Counted from the first letter of the stretch, positions 38,254 to 48,821 are shown. The stretch: DNA of 64,000 nt from Candidatus Kapaibacteriota bacterium (GCA_046595995.1 JBKJNB010000083.1:71445-135444); one strand, 5' to 3'. Program-made: numbers and translations. The notes: generated by a model from the letters alone, not told the origin.

Positions 38254-39399
38254 ATGAGCAGTTATATCTTCACGTCTGAGTCTGTTAGCGAAGGTCATCC
38301 GGATAAAATTTGCGACCAGGTATCCGACGCGGTACTCGATCGCGTTCTTGCAGCAGACCCCATGGGTCGCGTTGCGTGTGAATGTTTTGCAGCCACAGGC
38401 ATGATCCTGGTCGGTGGCGAAATCACAACAACAACGTACATCGATTTACCTGAGTTGGTTCGCGGTGTAATTCGCGATATCGGGTACACGCGCGCAGAGT
38501 ATCGCTTCGATGCCGACTCCTGCGCAGTTATCAATGTCATCAACCGTCAGAGCCCACACATTGCCGAAGGTGTTGACACTGGTGGTGCGGGCGATCAGGG
38601 CATGATGTTCGGATATGCCACCAAGGAAACCGACGTGTATATGCCGGCTGCGTTACACTACTCACACGAGCTTATGAAGCGCCTGTCATACATCCGCAAG
38701 AACGAAGCATCACTCATGCCCTACTTGCGTCCGGATGCAAAAGCCCAAGTGTCTGTAGTCTACGGCGACAACGGTGAGATCGTTCGCGTAGATACCGTCG
38801 TCGTATCGACACAGCATGATCGTATGCCAGACGGACAAAAGAAGATTCGCGAAGACGTCATCGAACACGTGATCAAGAAAGTCATCCCTGAGCATCTCAT
38901 CACATCTGAGACGAAGTACCACGTGAACCCCACTGGCATCTTTGAGATAGGGGGCCCGCATGGCGATACGGGGCTTACTGGACGCAAGATTATCGTAGAC
39001 ACATACGGCGGACGTGCTCCGCATGGTGGCGGCGCATTCTCGGGTAAGGACCCAACGAAAGTTGATCGCTCTGCTGCTTATGCCGCGCGCCACATCGCCA
39101 AGAACATTGTTGCTGCGGGCGTTGCATCAGAATGCACGATTCAGGTTGCGTATGCTATTGGCGTTGCCGACCCAGTGTCTATTCACGTTGATACACATGG
39201 TACGGGCACAGTACCTGACACGGAACTGAACACCTACATTGCTAAAGAAATTGATCTTACACCAGCCGGCATAATCAAGCGCCTCGACCTACGCCGGCCT
39301 ATCTATCGTCCAACAGCTGCGTACGGCCACTTCGGACGTCCAGAGTTTCCGTGGGAGCAGCTCGAACTAGTCAACACATTCAAATCAAAATTCGCATAA
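38254..39399 (+). CDS. metK: S-adenosylmethionine synthetase
   Basis: [31 protein letters not shown] and the other MetK signatures are present. The track GTG at 37996 was rejected. Confidence 0.9.
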   Translation: MSSYIFTSESVSEGHPDKICDQVSDAVLDRVLAADPMGRVACECFAATGMILVGGEITTTTYIDLPELVRGVIRDIGYTRAEYRFDADSCAVINVINRQSPHIAEGVDTGGAGDQGMMFGYATKETDVYMPAALHYSHELMKRLSYIRKNEASLMPYLRPDAKAQVSVVYGDNGEIVRVDTVVVSTQHDRMPDGQKKIREDVIEHVIKKVIPEHLITSETKYHVNPTGIFEIGGPHGDTGLTGRKIIVDTYGGRAPHGGGAFSGKDPTKVDRSAAYAARHIAKNIVAAGVASECTIQVAYAIGVADPVSIHVDTHGTGTVPDTELNTYIAKEIDLTPAGIIKRLDLRRPIYRPTAAYGHFGRPEFPWEQLELVNTFKSKFA

Positions 39400-39409
39400 C
39401 GGAGAAGCA

Positions 39410-40912
39410 ATGGCCACAGCCACAAAAAAACTCGCCTCTAAGAAGACGAAAAAGAAAGTCGCGAAAAGCGGCAACACGAACGGCGCTGCAAACAAGAACG
39501 GCGTAGCAACGAACGGTGTGTCTAAAAACGGCGCTGCGCAAGCGTCAGCACCTACCCCGACCGTCAAGACACGTCCTTTACCAAAGCGTGTAGGGAAAGG
39601 TCAGTTCGCACACAAGTCAGGTCAGTACTGCGTAGCAAATCTTGAGCTCGCCGAATGGGGTCGTAAAGAAATTCGCCTTGCCGAAGCAGAAATGCCGGGC
39701 CTGATGTCATTGCGTCAGGAATTCAAAGGCAAGAAGCCCCTTAAAGGTGCTCGTGTTGCGGGTTGCTTGCACATGACCATTCAAACGGCTGTGCTAATCG
39801 AAACGCTTGTTGACCTTGGTGCTGATGTAACATGGTCATCATGCAACATCTTTTCTACACAAGACCACGCGGCGGCAGCCATTGCTGTAGCGGGTGTGCC
39901 TGTGTTTGCATGGAAGGGTATGAATGAAGAAGAGTTTGCGTGGTGCATCGAGCAGACACTATGGTTCGGTAAGGATCGCAAGCAACTGAACATGATTCTC
40001 GATGACGGCGGCGATCTCACAAACATGGTGCTCGACGAATTCCCGCAGTTAGTCAAAGGCCTTGGGGGCATCTCAGAAGAGACAACCACCGGTGTACATC
40101 GCCTTTACGAGCGCATGAAGAATGGCTCGCTTCCAGTTCCTGCAATCAATGTAAACGACTCGGTTACGAAGTCAAAGTTCGATAACAAGTACGGCTGCAA
40201 AGAATCGCTCGTCGACGCAATCCGTCGTGCAACAGACGTAATGATGGCGGGTAAAATCGCCGTCGTCGCTGGCTATGGCGATGTCGGTAAGGGGTCTGCA
40301 GCGTCGCTGCGTGGGGCTGGTGTGCGTGTAATTGTAACGGAAATCGATCCGATTTGTGCTTTGCAGGCGGCAATGGACGGCTTCGAAGTAAAGCCGATGC
40401 TCGCCGCTGCGAAGGAAGCGGACATCATTGTTACGGCGACTGGTAACTGCGACATCATTGGTGAGAAGCACTTCAAGGCGATGAAACACAACGCGATTGT
40501 GTGCAACATCGGACACTTCGACAACGAAATCGATATGGCGTGGCTGACGAAGCATCACGGCAAGAGCCGCATTGAAGTGAAGCCACAAGTGGACATTTAT
40601 ACGGTCGGCAAGAAGGACATCATCGTACTTGCAGAAGGTCGTCTCGTCAACCTTGGCTGCGCCATGGGTCACCCCTCGTTTGTTATGTCAAACTCATTCA
40701 CGAACCAGGTACTGGCCCAACTTGAGTTGTATCTGCACCGTGAGCGCTACGTCAACGAGGTGTATGTACTTCCGAAGCACCTCGACGAGAAGGTTGCGCG
40801 CCTCCACCTGGGTAAAATCGGCGTCGAGCTGGAAGTCCTGAACAAGAAGCAAGCCGACTATATCGGCGTCAGCGTCAAAGGTCCGTACAAGCCCGACTAC
40901 TACCGCTACTAG
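39410..40912 (+). CDS. ahcY: Adenosylhomocysteinase with a Lys/Ala/Asn-rich N-terminal extension of about 70 aa
   Basis: The core ...[17 protein letters not shown]...NAD-binding GYGDVGKG... is standard AhcY. The ATG at 39410 has a GGAGA RBS, and the extension is [25 protein letters not shown].... Confidence 0.85.
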   Translation: MATATKKLASKKTKKKVAKSGNTNGAANKNGVATNGVSKNGAAQASAPTPTVKTRPLPKRVGKGQFAHKSGQYCVANLELAEWGRKEIRLAEAEMPGLMSLRQEFKGKKPLKGARVAGCLHMTIQTAVLIETLVDLGADVTWSSCNIFSTQDHAAAAIAVAGVPVFAWKGMNEEEFAWCIEQTLWFGKDRKQLNMILDDGGDLTNMVLDEFPQLVKGLGGISEETTTGVHRLYERMKNGSLPVPAINVNDSVTKSKFDNKYGCKESLVDAIRRATDVMMAGKIAVVAGYGDVGKGSAASLRGAGVRVIVTEIDPICALQAAMDGFEVKPMLAAAKEADIIVTATGNCDIIGEKHFKAMKHNAIVCNIGHFDNEIDMAWLTKHHGKSRIEVKPQVDIYTVGKKDIIVLAEGRLVNLGCAMGHPSFVMSNSFTNQVLAQLELYLHRERYVNEVYVLPKHLDEKVARLHLGKIGVELEVLNKKQADYIGVSVKGPYKPDYYRY

Positions 40913-40933
40913 GTCTACCGACCAACATTTTTT

Positions 40934-40982
40934 GAGGCCTGTCAAACACCCCACTGGGTCGGTTTGACAGGCCTCATTATTT
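40934..40982 (+). terminator. Rho-independent terminator-like hairpin after ahcY
   Basis: Perfect 14-bp inverted repeat gaggcctgtcaaac...gtttgacaggcctc followed by attattt. Confidence 0.55.
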
Positions 40983-41066
40983 AGGGAACACGGTTTCCAC
41001 CTCGCGAGTACATCCGCCCGTTCCAGGGGACGATGTTCACATAATTCACACGTTAGGGAGACCGCG

Positions 41067-41567
41067 ATGAAGTTTAGAGCCATTTTTCTAGCCGGACTGG
41101 CTGTTGTTGCTTTCGCAGCATGCAACAAGACAGAAGCAGACAAGACCTATGATGATAAAATCGACGCATCTAAAGACTCGATTGACGCTGCTGCAGATCG
41201 TGCAAAAGCGGCACTAGATGCCGAACGCGACGCTTATTACGCAGACGTTGACGCACGCATGGACCGTATGAACTTGTACCTCGACTCGCTCGAAACAGAA
41301 TACAACAAGTCCAAGGGCAAAGCCAAGGTTCAGATCCGCCAGCGCATTTCCGGCATTACTGCTGTGCGTGACACAATGCGTATTTGGTACGTCGACCTAA
41401 AGGGCAGCGACCGCGAAGTATACGTTATCAAGCGTCGCCGTTTCGACTCAATCATGGATGCAGAAAACACGCGGAACAATTTCTGGGATAAGAACAGAAA
41501 CTTCCAGCCCCAACCAGTAGATGGCGCAGCCGATGGTGTGAAACTCGCACCCAACAAGAACAAATAG
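41067..41567 (+). CDS. Hypothetical lipoprotein
   Basis: Lipobox MKFRAIFLAGLAVVAFAAC. RBS AGGGAG. The protein is charged and Asp/Lys-rich. Confidence 0.55.
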   Translation: MKFRAIFLAGLAVVAFAACNKTEADKTYDDKIDASKDSIDAAADRAKAALDAERDAYYADVDARMDRMNLYLDSLETEYNKSKGKAKVQIRQRISGITAVRDTMRIWYVDLKGSDREVYVIKRRRFDSIMDAENTRNNFWDKNRNFQPQPVDGAADGVKLAPNKNK

Positions 41568-41596
41568 TCTAACTACACATCATCTAGGAGAACGCC

Positions 41597-41749
41597 ATGT
41601 TGTGGACCATATTCATCGTACTTATTGTTCTTTGGGCAATTGGATTCATCGGCTTTAGTTCAGTTGGTTGGTACATCCACCTACTGCTCATTCTCGCCGT
41701 TGGCCTTCTGCTCATCCGCCTGATCCAAGGTCGAAACCCGCTCAAGTAA
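41597..41749 (+). CDS. lmo0937-family small membrane protein (about 50 aa), absent from the ORF track
   Basis: MLWTIFIVLIVLWAIGFIGFSSVGWYIHLLLILAVGLLLIRLIQGRNPLK. The RBS AGGAGA lies 6 nt upstream and a terminator hairpin follows. Confidence 0.7.
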   Translation: MLWTIFIVLIVLWAIGFIGFSSVGWYIHLLLILAVGLLLIRLIQGRNPLK

Positions 41750-41764
41750 CCAAGCATGTAAAGA

Positions 41765-41798
41765 AAAAGCCCGATCGCTTCGCAGTGGTCGGGCTTTT
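41765..41798 (+). terminator. Rho-independent terminator
   Basis: aaaaagcccgatcgcttcgcagtggtcgggctttttctt forms a GC stem with a T-run. Confidence 0.65.
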
Positions 41799-41836
41799 TC
41801 TTGACTAAATTCGCCCACAACATTATTAGGTTTCCA

Positions 41837-43396
41837 ATGCGCCAACTGTTTCTATGTATCGCACTTGTAGCTGCGAACCTTTCGGTCTCCACTGCCCAAG
41901 TAACCACCTCTTACAGCCTCGACCCAAATTTTGGTCTGAACGGTAAGCGCATATTCGGCTTCGCTGGCTCCTCTAATGATCAGCCTATGTTGTTGACGTC
42001 TTTGGCAGACGGGACTATACTGGTTGGCGGCACGACATCCCTTTCCGATAATGGCGGACAAATCTCCATGGCAAAGGTTGAGACGGATGGAACACCCGTC
42101 ACCACGTTTGGTGTGGGCGGCAAGGTGGAGTATCGATCCACGTTACGTTCTTACGCTAATGATTGGGCAATCCAACCTGATGGCAAGATCGTTGTAGCGG
42201 GTGTCTACTGGGCAAGCAATTCCGGTAGCGGTATCACTCCTGGAGTTTATCGTTTCAACGCCAATGGCAGTATCGATACGACATTCGCCAACAATGGGAC
42301 GTTCTTCAAGCGATTCGACCCAACGTCGGGTGGTTCCCTTCATGGCGTACACCTGCTTGCCGATGGCCGTATCGTCGTTGTTGGCTTTTCCAGAGGGAAT
42401 ATCAATGGTGGCCGAAACGCACTCGGTCTAATGCGCCTAATGCCAAACGGCTCCCTCGATTCTACTTTCGGAACTAATGGCACACTACAGATTGGGTCAG
42501 TCAACGGGACATACATCGGTTCCCTTCTACAGGGTCGGAACCAGCTCATTGTCGCGTTTTGCTACCAAAAGGCTAGTGGATCTGAGCAATACTATATAGC
42601 TCGGATAGACAGTGCTGGCACGGTGTTACGTGATGCCGAGGGACTTGCTGATGCAACCTTCCTACCAGGCAAGACTTTCTCAATGCTACAACAATCAGAC
42701 GGCAAGGTTGTAATAATCGGCACGAATACAGGGGCAAGCCCCTTGTCGATGATGCAGGTCGTTCGTATAGACACAGCTCGGTTACGCCGAGACTCGACCT
42801 TCGGTACTGCAGGCGTTGCCCGATTCGGTTCAGGCACCGTAGACGTGTCTGGTTTGGGTGGATGTATTATGCCCGACGGCTCAATTATGGTTGGCGGCTC
42901 GTGGACTGAAGGCTCCGGCCTTTCAGCAATCGGCAAACTTACTTCTAACGGTCAAGTCGTGGAGTCCTTCGGCACACAAGGCGTTATGCGTCTGGACCTC
43001 AACGGCAACACCGGTACGCAGAGCGTCGTGCGTTTGATGCCCGCAGGAGGTACTTCTATTTTCGGACTTGCATCGGACGCCTCATCAGGTGGGGGTGATA
43101 TGGTGCTGTTCCGCATGACTGAGGTTACTGTCGGTGTAAATGAAGAGCATTCACCAGCAGCATCAATCGTTGTAGGTTCAACCGACGCTCCGTCATTAGA
43201 GGTCACGACGACCCAAGCAGGCAACGTTCACATTAGCATGTACGACTTGGCAGGCCGCATTGTCATTTCTCAAACCATGGAAGTATCAGCGGGGCGACAT
43301 CATGTACCTATGCGTGCTATACCTTCAGGCGCATACATACTGAATGTCAATACACCTACTTGGTCACGCACTGTACCTTTTATGGTAGCCCGGTGA
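41837..43396 (+). CDS. Secreted repeat (beta-propeller-like) protein with a T9SS C-terminal sorting domain
   Basis: Signal peptide MRQLFLCIALVAANLSVSTAQ. Repeated ...DG.I.V.G... units are present. The C-terminus ...GAYILNVNTPTWSRTVPFMVAR is T9SS-like. The track TTG start at 41801 sits inside the terminator and was rejected. Confidence 0.65.
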   Translation: MRQLFLCIALVAANLSVSTAQVTTSYSLDPNFGLNGKRIFGFAGSSNDQPMLLTSLADGTILVGGTTSLSDNGGQISMAKVETDGTPVTTFGVGGKVEYRSTLRSYANDWAIQPDGKIVVAGVYWASNSGSGITPGVYRFNANGSIDTTFANNGTFFKRFDPTSGGSLHGVHLLADGRIVVVGFSRGNINGGRNALGLMRLMPNGSLDSTFGTNGTLQIGSVNGTYIGSLLQGRNQLIVAFCYQKASGSEQYYIARIDSAGTVLRDAEGLADATFLPGKTFSMLQQSDGKVVIIGTNTGASPLSMMQVVRIDTARLRRDSTFGTAGVARFGSGTVDVSGLGGCIMPDGSIMVGGSWTEGSGLSAIGKLTSNGQVVESFGTQGVMRLDLNGNTGTQSVVRLMPAGGTSIFGLASDASSGGGDMVLFRMTEVTVGVNEEHSPAASIVVGSTDAPSLEVTTTQAGNVHISMYDLAGRIVISQTMEVSAGRHHVPMRAIPSGAYILNVNTPTWSRTVPFMVAR

Positions 43397-43402
43397 AGCG
43401 GG

Positions 43403-44056
43403 TCAGCCGGACTTCGTTGAATGCCCTGTCTTCTCGGTCAGCAGCATGATCGTAAGGTGGTCTAACTTTTCTGTCAGGAGCTGGACTTCGATTTCGGCCT
43501 TCAGGTTGACCTTGTAGTCGTTCTTTGCGCGCGCGCGATCCTTTGCTTCCTGCCGATTCTGGCTCATCAGAATAATGGGCGCCTGTAGTGCAGCCAGGCA
43601 AGAGAGGATGAGGTTCAGGAATGTAAACGGATACTTGTCGAATGTAAACATCAAGGTGTTCGCCACGACCCAAACACCGATGAAGCACATGTATATCGCA
43701 ATGAAGCCCCAACTACCACCAATCCAAGCAACCCTATCTGCTAGTCGTGAGCCAAGCGAGTCTTTCGCTTTCTTATCACGCGCTTCCTCTTTGTCCTCTT
43801 CGGCCGTTGGCGCGTCATTGATGAGCTCGTTGCCTAGGAGTGCATCGACAACCTCTCTCTCGGTAGTAGTTAGCTCTCTTTTACCGACGGCTTCGCGTAG
43901 TAATTGCTCAACGCGCTTCGCCTCATACTTGGCAAGTTCAGAACGGAGAATTTTACTCTCATTGTCGAAAAGAGGATTTTCTTCGCGTACAAAACGGAAG
44001 ACGGTAGGCGGAATGCAAACGCCTGGTACTTGTTCGTCGTGAGGTCTGCGATGCAT
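43403..44056 (-). CDS. DUF1003-family membrane protein
   Basis: ADRVAWIGGSWGFIAIYMCFIGVWVV... and a second TM follow the family pattern. The ATG at 44056 is preferred over the track TTG. Confidence 0.55.
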   Translation of the reverse strand: MHRRPHDEQVPGVCIPPTVFRFVREENPLFDNESKILRSELAKYEAKRVEQLLREAVGKRELTTTEREVVDALLGNELINDAPTAEEDKEEARDKKAKDSLGSRLADRVAWIGGSWGFIAIYMCFIGVWVVANTLMFTFDKYPFTFLNLILSCLAALQAPIILMSQNRQEAKDRARAKNDYKVNLKAEIEVQLLTEKLDHLTIMLLTEKTGHSTKSG

Positions 44057-44113
44057 AAACGTTCTTAGCAAGGGGCTGCCTGCACGAAACGCGCAGGCAG
44101 TGGGCTATGACTT

Positions 44114-46135
44114 TTAAATGTCTAGGTTTTTCACATACTGAGCGTTGCGTTCGATGAACTCGCGGCGCGGCTCGACGTTTTCACCCATTAGAGTCTCAAA
44201 CACGTGCGTTGCTTCTGCGGCGTTTTCGATTGTGACCTGCAGGAGTGTACGGGTTTCCGGATTCATGGTCGTTGACCACAATTGCTCGGGGTTCATTTCC
44301 CCGAGACCCTTGAAGCGACTAATGACGATGCCGTCTGCCGTAGCACCTTCCTCTACAATTTCGGGCTCTTCGCCTACGACCACTTCTGGTGTCGGGTTCT
44401 TGGCGGCCTTCTTCTCGGCTTTCTCACGCCTGAAGCGCGCAATTACTTCATCGCGTTCCTGATCGTTGAATGCATAGAATTCTTGCTTACCCTTTTTGAG
44501 TTTGTACAACGGCGGTTGAGCTATGTACAGCTTGCCGTCGTTGATGAGTTGCAGCATGTGTTTGAAGAACAACGTCAACAGCAACGTGCGAATGTGCGAC
44601 CCATCGATATCAGCGTCGGCCATGAGAATAATCTTGCCGTAGCGCGCCTTCGACGAATCGAAGTCGTCACCGAAGCCAGCACCGATGGCAGTGAGGATTG
44701 TGCGGACTTCTTCGTTTTCGAGCACCTTGTGCAGACGCGCTTTGTGAACGTTTAGAATCTTGCCGCGTAATGGCAGGATTGCCTGGAACCTACGATCACG
44801 TCCCTGCTTAGCAGTGCCACCTGCAGAGTCACCTTCTACGAGATAAATTTCTGTGTCTTCGGGAGTGCGCAGCGAACAGTCGGCAAGTTTACCCGGAAGC
44901 GTAGCGCCTTCAAGTGCACTCTTGCGACGAATAAGATCCTTTGCCTTGCGAGCAGCCATGCGGGCTTCGAAGGCGTTCATAGCTTTATCGATGATGTGCT
45001 TTGCAGCAGAAGGAGTGGCATCGAGGTACTTACCAAACTCTTCGTTCATCACGGACTTCACGATGCTCTCGGTCTCGCTGTTGCCAAGCTTCGTCTTTGT
45101 TTGTCCTTCGAATTGTGGTTCTGCAACCTTGACACTAATGATACAAGTAAGGCCTTCACGGAAGTCCTCACCCGTAAGGTTTGTGTCTTTCTTCAGCATG
45201 TTGTTTGCTGCAGCGTACGCGTTCAACGTGCGCGTTAACGCAGAGCGATAACCCGACACGTGCGTTCCGCCTTCGACCGTGTTAATGTTATTTACATACG
45301 ATAGCAGCGTCTCGGAGAAGCCGTTGTTGTATTCGAAACATATTTCCACTTGCGTTTCAACATCCTGCTCGTTCTTCTGAGTGCCAGTAATGAAAATTGG
45401 CTTCGTAATGGGCGTTGCATTGGCGTCGACATAACGGACGAAGTCCACGAGACCACCACGGAACGCAAACACGTCTTTCATCCCATCACGCTCGTCGTAT
45501 AGCGTAATCGTAACGTCAGGGTTTAGAAACGCTAACTCACGTAAACGATCGGAGATCTTCTCGTAACGGAATTCGACGGTCTTGAAGATGGTTGCATCTG
45601 GGTAGAAGCGGACGTTTGTACCCGTCTTCTTCGAGGTGCCAACTTCGGTCACTGCTGTTACAGGTGCACCGGCATTGTACGTCTGCTGCCAGATCTTGCC
45701 CTCACGCTCGATGGTAACGAGTAGTACCGACGACAATGCGTTAACGCACGACACGCCGACGCCGTGAAGTCCGCCGGACACTTTATAAGTGTTTTTATCA
45801 AACTTGCCGCCCGCATGAAGTGTACACATTACCACTTCAAGAGTCGAAATCTTCTTTACAGGGTGAGGTCCGACGGGAATACCACGTCCATCATCCTGCA
45901 CAGATACCGACCCATCAGAGTGAATCGTCACCTCGATGTTCGTACAGTACCCAGCAAGCACTTCATCAATTGAGTTGTCAACAACTTCCTGCACCAGGTG
46001 GTGGAGACCACGGTCGCCAACATCGCCAATGTACATGGCCGGACGTAGCCGTACGGCTTCGAGTCCTTCGAGAACCTTGATACTGTCTTCGCTATACCCT
46101 GGTCGCACTGCTACTTCTTCAATAATGTCTGACAT
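44114..46135 (-). CDS. gyrB: DNA gyrase subunit B
   Basis: MSDIIEEVAVRPGYSEDSIKVLEGLEAVRLRPAMYIGD..., the GHKL ATPase, the TOPRIM EGDSAGG and the C-terminal ...LMGENVEPRREFIE are present. AAGGAGA RBS. The track GTG extension of 64 aa was rejected. Confidence 0.9.
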   Translation of the reverse strand: MSDIIEEVAVRPGYSEDSIKVLEGLEAVRLRPAMYIGDVGDRGLHHLVQEVVDNSIDEVLAGYCTNIEVTIHSDGSVSVQDDGRGIPVGPHPVKKISTLEVVMCTLHAGGKFDKNTYKVSGGLHGVGVSCVNALSSVLLVTIEREGKIWQQTYNAGAPVTAVTEVGTSKKTGTNVRFYPDATIFKTVEFRYEKISDRLRELAFLNPDVTITLYDERDGMKDVFAFRGGLVDFVRYVDANATPITKPIFITGTQKNEQDVETQVEICFEYNNGFSETLLSYVNNINTVEGGTHVSGYRSALTRTLNAYAAANNMLKKDTNLTGEDFREGLTCIISVKVAEPQFEGQTKTKLGNSETESIVKSVMNEEFGKYLDATPSAAKHIIDKAMNAFEARMAARKAKDLIRRKSALEGATLPGKLADCSLRTPEDTEIYLVEGDSAGGTAKQGRDRRFQAILPLRGKILNVHKARLHKVLENEEVRTILTAIGAGFGDDFDSSKARYGKIILMADADIDGSHIRTLLLTLFFKHMLQLINDGKLYIAQPPLYKLKKGKQEFYAFNDQERDEVIARFRREKAEKKAAKNPTPEVVVGEEPEIVEEGATADGIVISRFKGLGEMNPEQLWSTTMNPETRTLLQVTIENAAEATHVFETLMGENVEPRREFIERNAQYVKNLDI

Positions 46136-46160
46136 CGCTTCTCCTTGTAAGCCCAGCTCG

Positions 46161-46439
46161 TTAACGCAGAACGATCTCTCGTATGAGTTCCGAGCCCATG
46201 CGGGCATTGAGTTGTGAACGTAATTCTTCGCGGCGCAGCATGAGTTCATTGCGCCATGGGGCTTCATGCACATGAATGCGCAGGATACCGTTTTCAAATG
46301 ACCGTACTTCGGTAAGGCTAGCCACACGCTCGCCTACAACCTCTGCCCAATAACGCGGCAGTCTCGATTTTTGCAGTTCGTCGGTTAAACGAAACCTCTG
46401 CACAACATCCTTCAACAGATCACCCAGCGAGTGCATCAT
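46161..46439 (-). CDS. DUF721-family (DciA-like) protein, conserved between recF and gyrB
   Basis: Small basic protein in the canonical position. The start ATGATG overlaps the recF stop (ATGA). Confidence 0.6.
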   Translation of the reverse strand: MMHSLGDLLKDVVQRFRLTDELQKSRLPRYWAEVVGERVASLTEVRSFENGILRIHVHEAPWRNELMLRREELRSQLNARMGSELIREIVLR

Positions 46440-47584
46440 GCAGCCTCTCTCGTAACCACACATCCGTTGGAAAGTGTGACAAGGCGCATGTCCGTGCCTT
46501 CAGGAACGAGCATCGCTATTGCCTCTCCATCGGTCGTCGTTACAAAACACTGCATCCCCATTGCCAACACAAGCTCCATCACATGTGCACATCGTGCACG
46601 GTCTAATTCGCTAAACACGTCGTCCAGCAGAACCACTGGACGTTCATTTGTTTTGTCGAGAAGGATCTCACACTCGGCAAGCTTCAGCGCAACAAGCAGC
46701 GACTTATGCTGACCTTGCGATGCTGTCTCACGGGCGAGTCCCCCATTCAGTCGTAACACCATCTCGTCTCGCTGGGCACCAAAACACGTACTCCCTCTCG
46801 CCAATTCGCGCGGCATCGCTGCACGCGCTACTTCGTGAAGTGCCTCTGCTATTACCTCAACAGATGCGGAGGCTGGGTCGAGTGTTCCTGCCAGACTATC
46901 TGGTTCATAACTGATTTCAATTCGTTCTGCATCACCCGAAACGGCAGCGTATGTGCGCTGAACCCGAGGCGCCAATTCGTCTATAAACCGCGCCCGACGG
47001 TGGATAATCTCCGCGCTGCACTTGACGAATGCCGAGGTCCATACTTGCAAATCTGCGTCACCGATTCCAACTATAGTTCCACTGCCCAAAAGGGCATTCC
47101 GTTGCTTTAGAATTCGCCTCAAATCGTACAGTAAATCCGTGAATCGCGTACTCGACTGTGCCATCACAGAATCAAGAAATGCACGTCGCTCCGATGGTGC
47201 TCCGAACGTAATGCTCTTGTGATCGGGTGAAAGCGCCACCACTGGCAGCGAGCCGATGATGTCGCGCGGCGTAAGGCTTGTACCGAGACTTCCTTCGATG
47301 CGCTTCCGAGCCCCTTCCTGGACCCTTACCGACACCTTGTAGGGCGCATGTAAGTCGCGTTCGGCTTCAATCACAACAGTAAATCCATCGGTGCCGAATT
47401 GAACAAGAGAGGAATCTCCGACCTGAACGAAACTGCGTGCAATTGCGGCCATGCTAATCGCTTCGAGCAGCGTCGTCTTACCCGATCCGTTAGGTCCGGT
47501 TAGCACATTCACGTGTTGTGCACATGCAAGAAGCGTTCGCTCATGATTTCGCATTTGCGACACCGCTATTGAGCGGATTACCAT
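46436..47584 (-). CDS. recF: DNA replication and repair protein RecF
   Basis: Walker A GPNGSGKTTLLEAI and the SMC-like signature are present. Confidence 0.9.
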   Translation of the reverse strand: MVIRSIAVSQMRNHERTLLACAQHVNVLTGPNGSGKTTLLEAISMAAIARSFVQVGDSSLVQFGTDGFTVVIEAERDLHAPYKVSVRVQEGARKRIEGSLGTSLTPRDIIGSLPVVALSPDHKSITFGAPSERRAFLDSVMAQSSTRFTDLLYDLRRILKQRNALLGSGTIVGIGDADLQVWTSAFVKCSAEIIHRRARFIDELAPRVQRTYAAVSGDAERIEISYEPDSLAGTLDPASASVEVIAEALHEVARAAMPRELARGSTCFGAQRDEMVLRLNGGLARETASQGQHKSLLVALKLAECEILLDKTNERPVVLLDDVFSELDRARCAHVMELVLAMGMQCFVTTTDGEAIAMLVPEGTDMRLVTLSNGCVVTREAA

Positions 47585-47593
47585 CGGTGGGCG

Positions 47594-48715
47594 TCAGATC
47601 TTAACAGGCATCACAAGCATCAGGAGATCGTCGGCATCTGTACCTGGCGTGATGAGTACAGCGCGGATAGGCGTTGAGAACGTCATGCGCACATTCAAAT
47701 CGGGATCATCATCGGTAGTAATGTTCTTTATAGCTTCTTCGAGGAAACGATAATTGAATCCTACCTCGAACGACTCCGCCGAAAAATCGCACGGAATGGT
47801 TTCCGTCCCCTTGCCTCCAGAATCTTCGTCTTCCGAATGCACTGCCATCGTCTTATCGCTGATGCGGAAGCGCACGTGACGCGTGTTTGTGTTTGCAAAC
47901 AGCGAGACACGTTTGATTGCACTCAGCACTTCGCGCTGATTAATCGTCAGCGTCTTGTCGTTGTCCGATGGAATTACGTTCTGATACGGCGGATACTTCT
48001 CATCGATGATCCGCGTTGTAATCGTAAGCGATCCGATAGAGAAGCGGGCGTGTGTTCTGCTTATCTCCATCGCAACATCACTGTCGACCTTACGCAACAG
48101 TTCTACGGCACGCGCCGGAACAATTGCTTCCAAGGCAGCAGGGAAGGGGCTTCCCGAAGGGGCTGTTACAATAACGCGCGACAAACGGAAGCCATCGGTG
48201 GCAACGGCAGTTGCAGTTTCGCCCTGGAATTGAAAGAAGACACCCGTCATACTCGGACGATATTCTTCAGTCGATACAGCGAACACTGTCTTGTTGGCCA
48301 TGCGCGTCATGTCTTCTTTGCGCAGCGATGCCTTTGTCGATTCTGGGAATTGCGGAATCGTTGGGAACTCATTCGCATCGAGCCCCTTCATCTCATACGT
48401 TCCTGTCGGTGTGCGCACAGAAATGAGATGGGCATCTTCATCGGTCGTAATTTCTACGGTCCCTGCGTTGCCAAGCTCCTTGATCAGGTCCGTGAACTGC
48501 CTCGCCGGAACGAGTAACGCTCCGTCCTTCTCGCCGGACACAGGTATGCCTAACGAAATGGTGATCTCTTGGTCGGTAGATGTGAACGTTAGTTCGCTAC
48601 CTACAAGAGATGTGTACACGTGTTCGAGAACCGGAATGGTTGATTTCGCCGGGATGGCCGGGAGAATCTTCTGGAGAGCTCGTTGAAGTTCGGGCAACGC
48701 GACAGTAAACTTCAT
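47594..48715 (-). CDS. dnaN: DNA polymerase III beta sliding clamp
   Basis: A 373-aa three-domain clamp with the MKFTV...L..AL.... N-terminus. Confidence 0.9.
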   Translation of the reverse strand: MKFTVALPELQRALQKILPAIPAKSTIPVLEHVYTSLVGSELTFTSTDQEITISLGIPVSGEKDGALLVPARQFTDLIKELGNAGTVEITTDEDAHLISVRTPTGTYEMKGLDANEFPTIPQFPESTKASLRKEDMTRMANKTVFAVSTEEYRPSMTGVFFQFQGETATAVATDGFRLSRVIVTAPSGSPFPAALEAIVPARAVELLRKVDSDVAMEISRTHARFSIGSLTITTRIIDEKYPPYQNVIPSDNDKTLTINQREVLSAIKRVSLFANTNTRHVRFRISDKTMAVHSEDEDSGGKGTETIPCDFSAESFEVGFNYRFLEEAIKNITTDDDPDLNVRMTFSTPIRAVLITPGTDADDLLMLVMPVKI

Positions 48716-48821
48716 ACGCCGAAGTAGGCCTGGGGAAGGGTTGGAACGGGGCTAAATGCCTAAATTCGAAGGGCGAATCTACGAAGAACACCATGACCTT
48801 ACAATCCGCTTCGGGACCTGA

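Noticed and set aside
46136-46327. 64-aa upstream extension of gyrB (track GTG start)
   Set aside because: The canonical GyrB N-terminus MSDIIEE... with an AAGGAGA RBS begins at 46135, and the extension contains no conserved sequence.
48716-48821. Possible oriC between dnaN and psd
   Set aside because: No DnaA-box-like 9-mers and no AT-rich unwinding element were seen.
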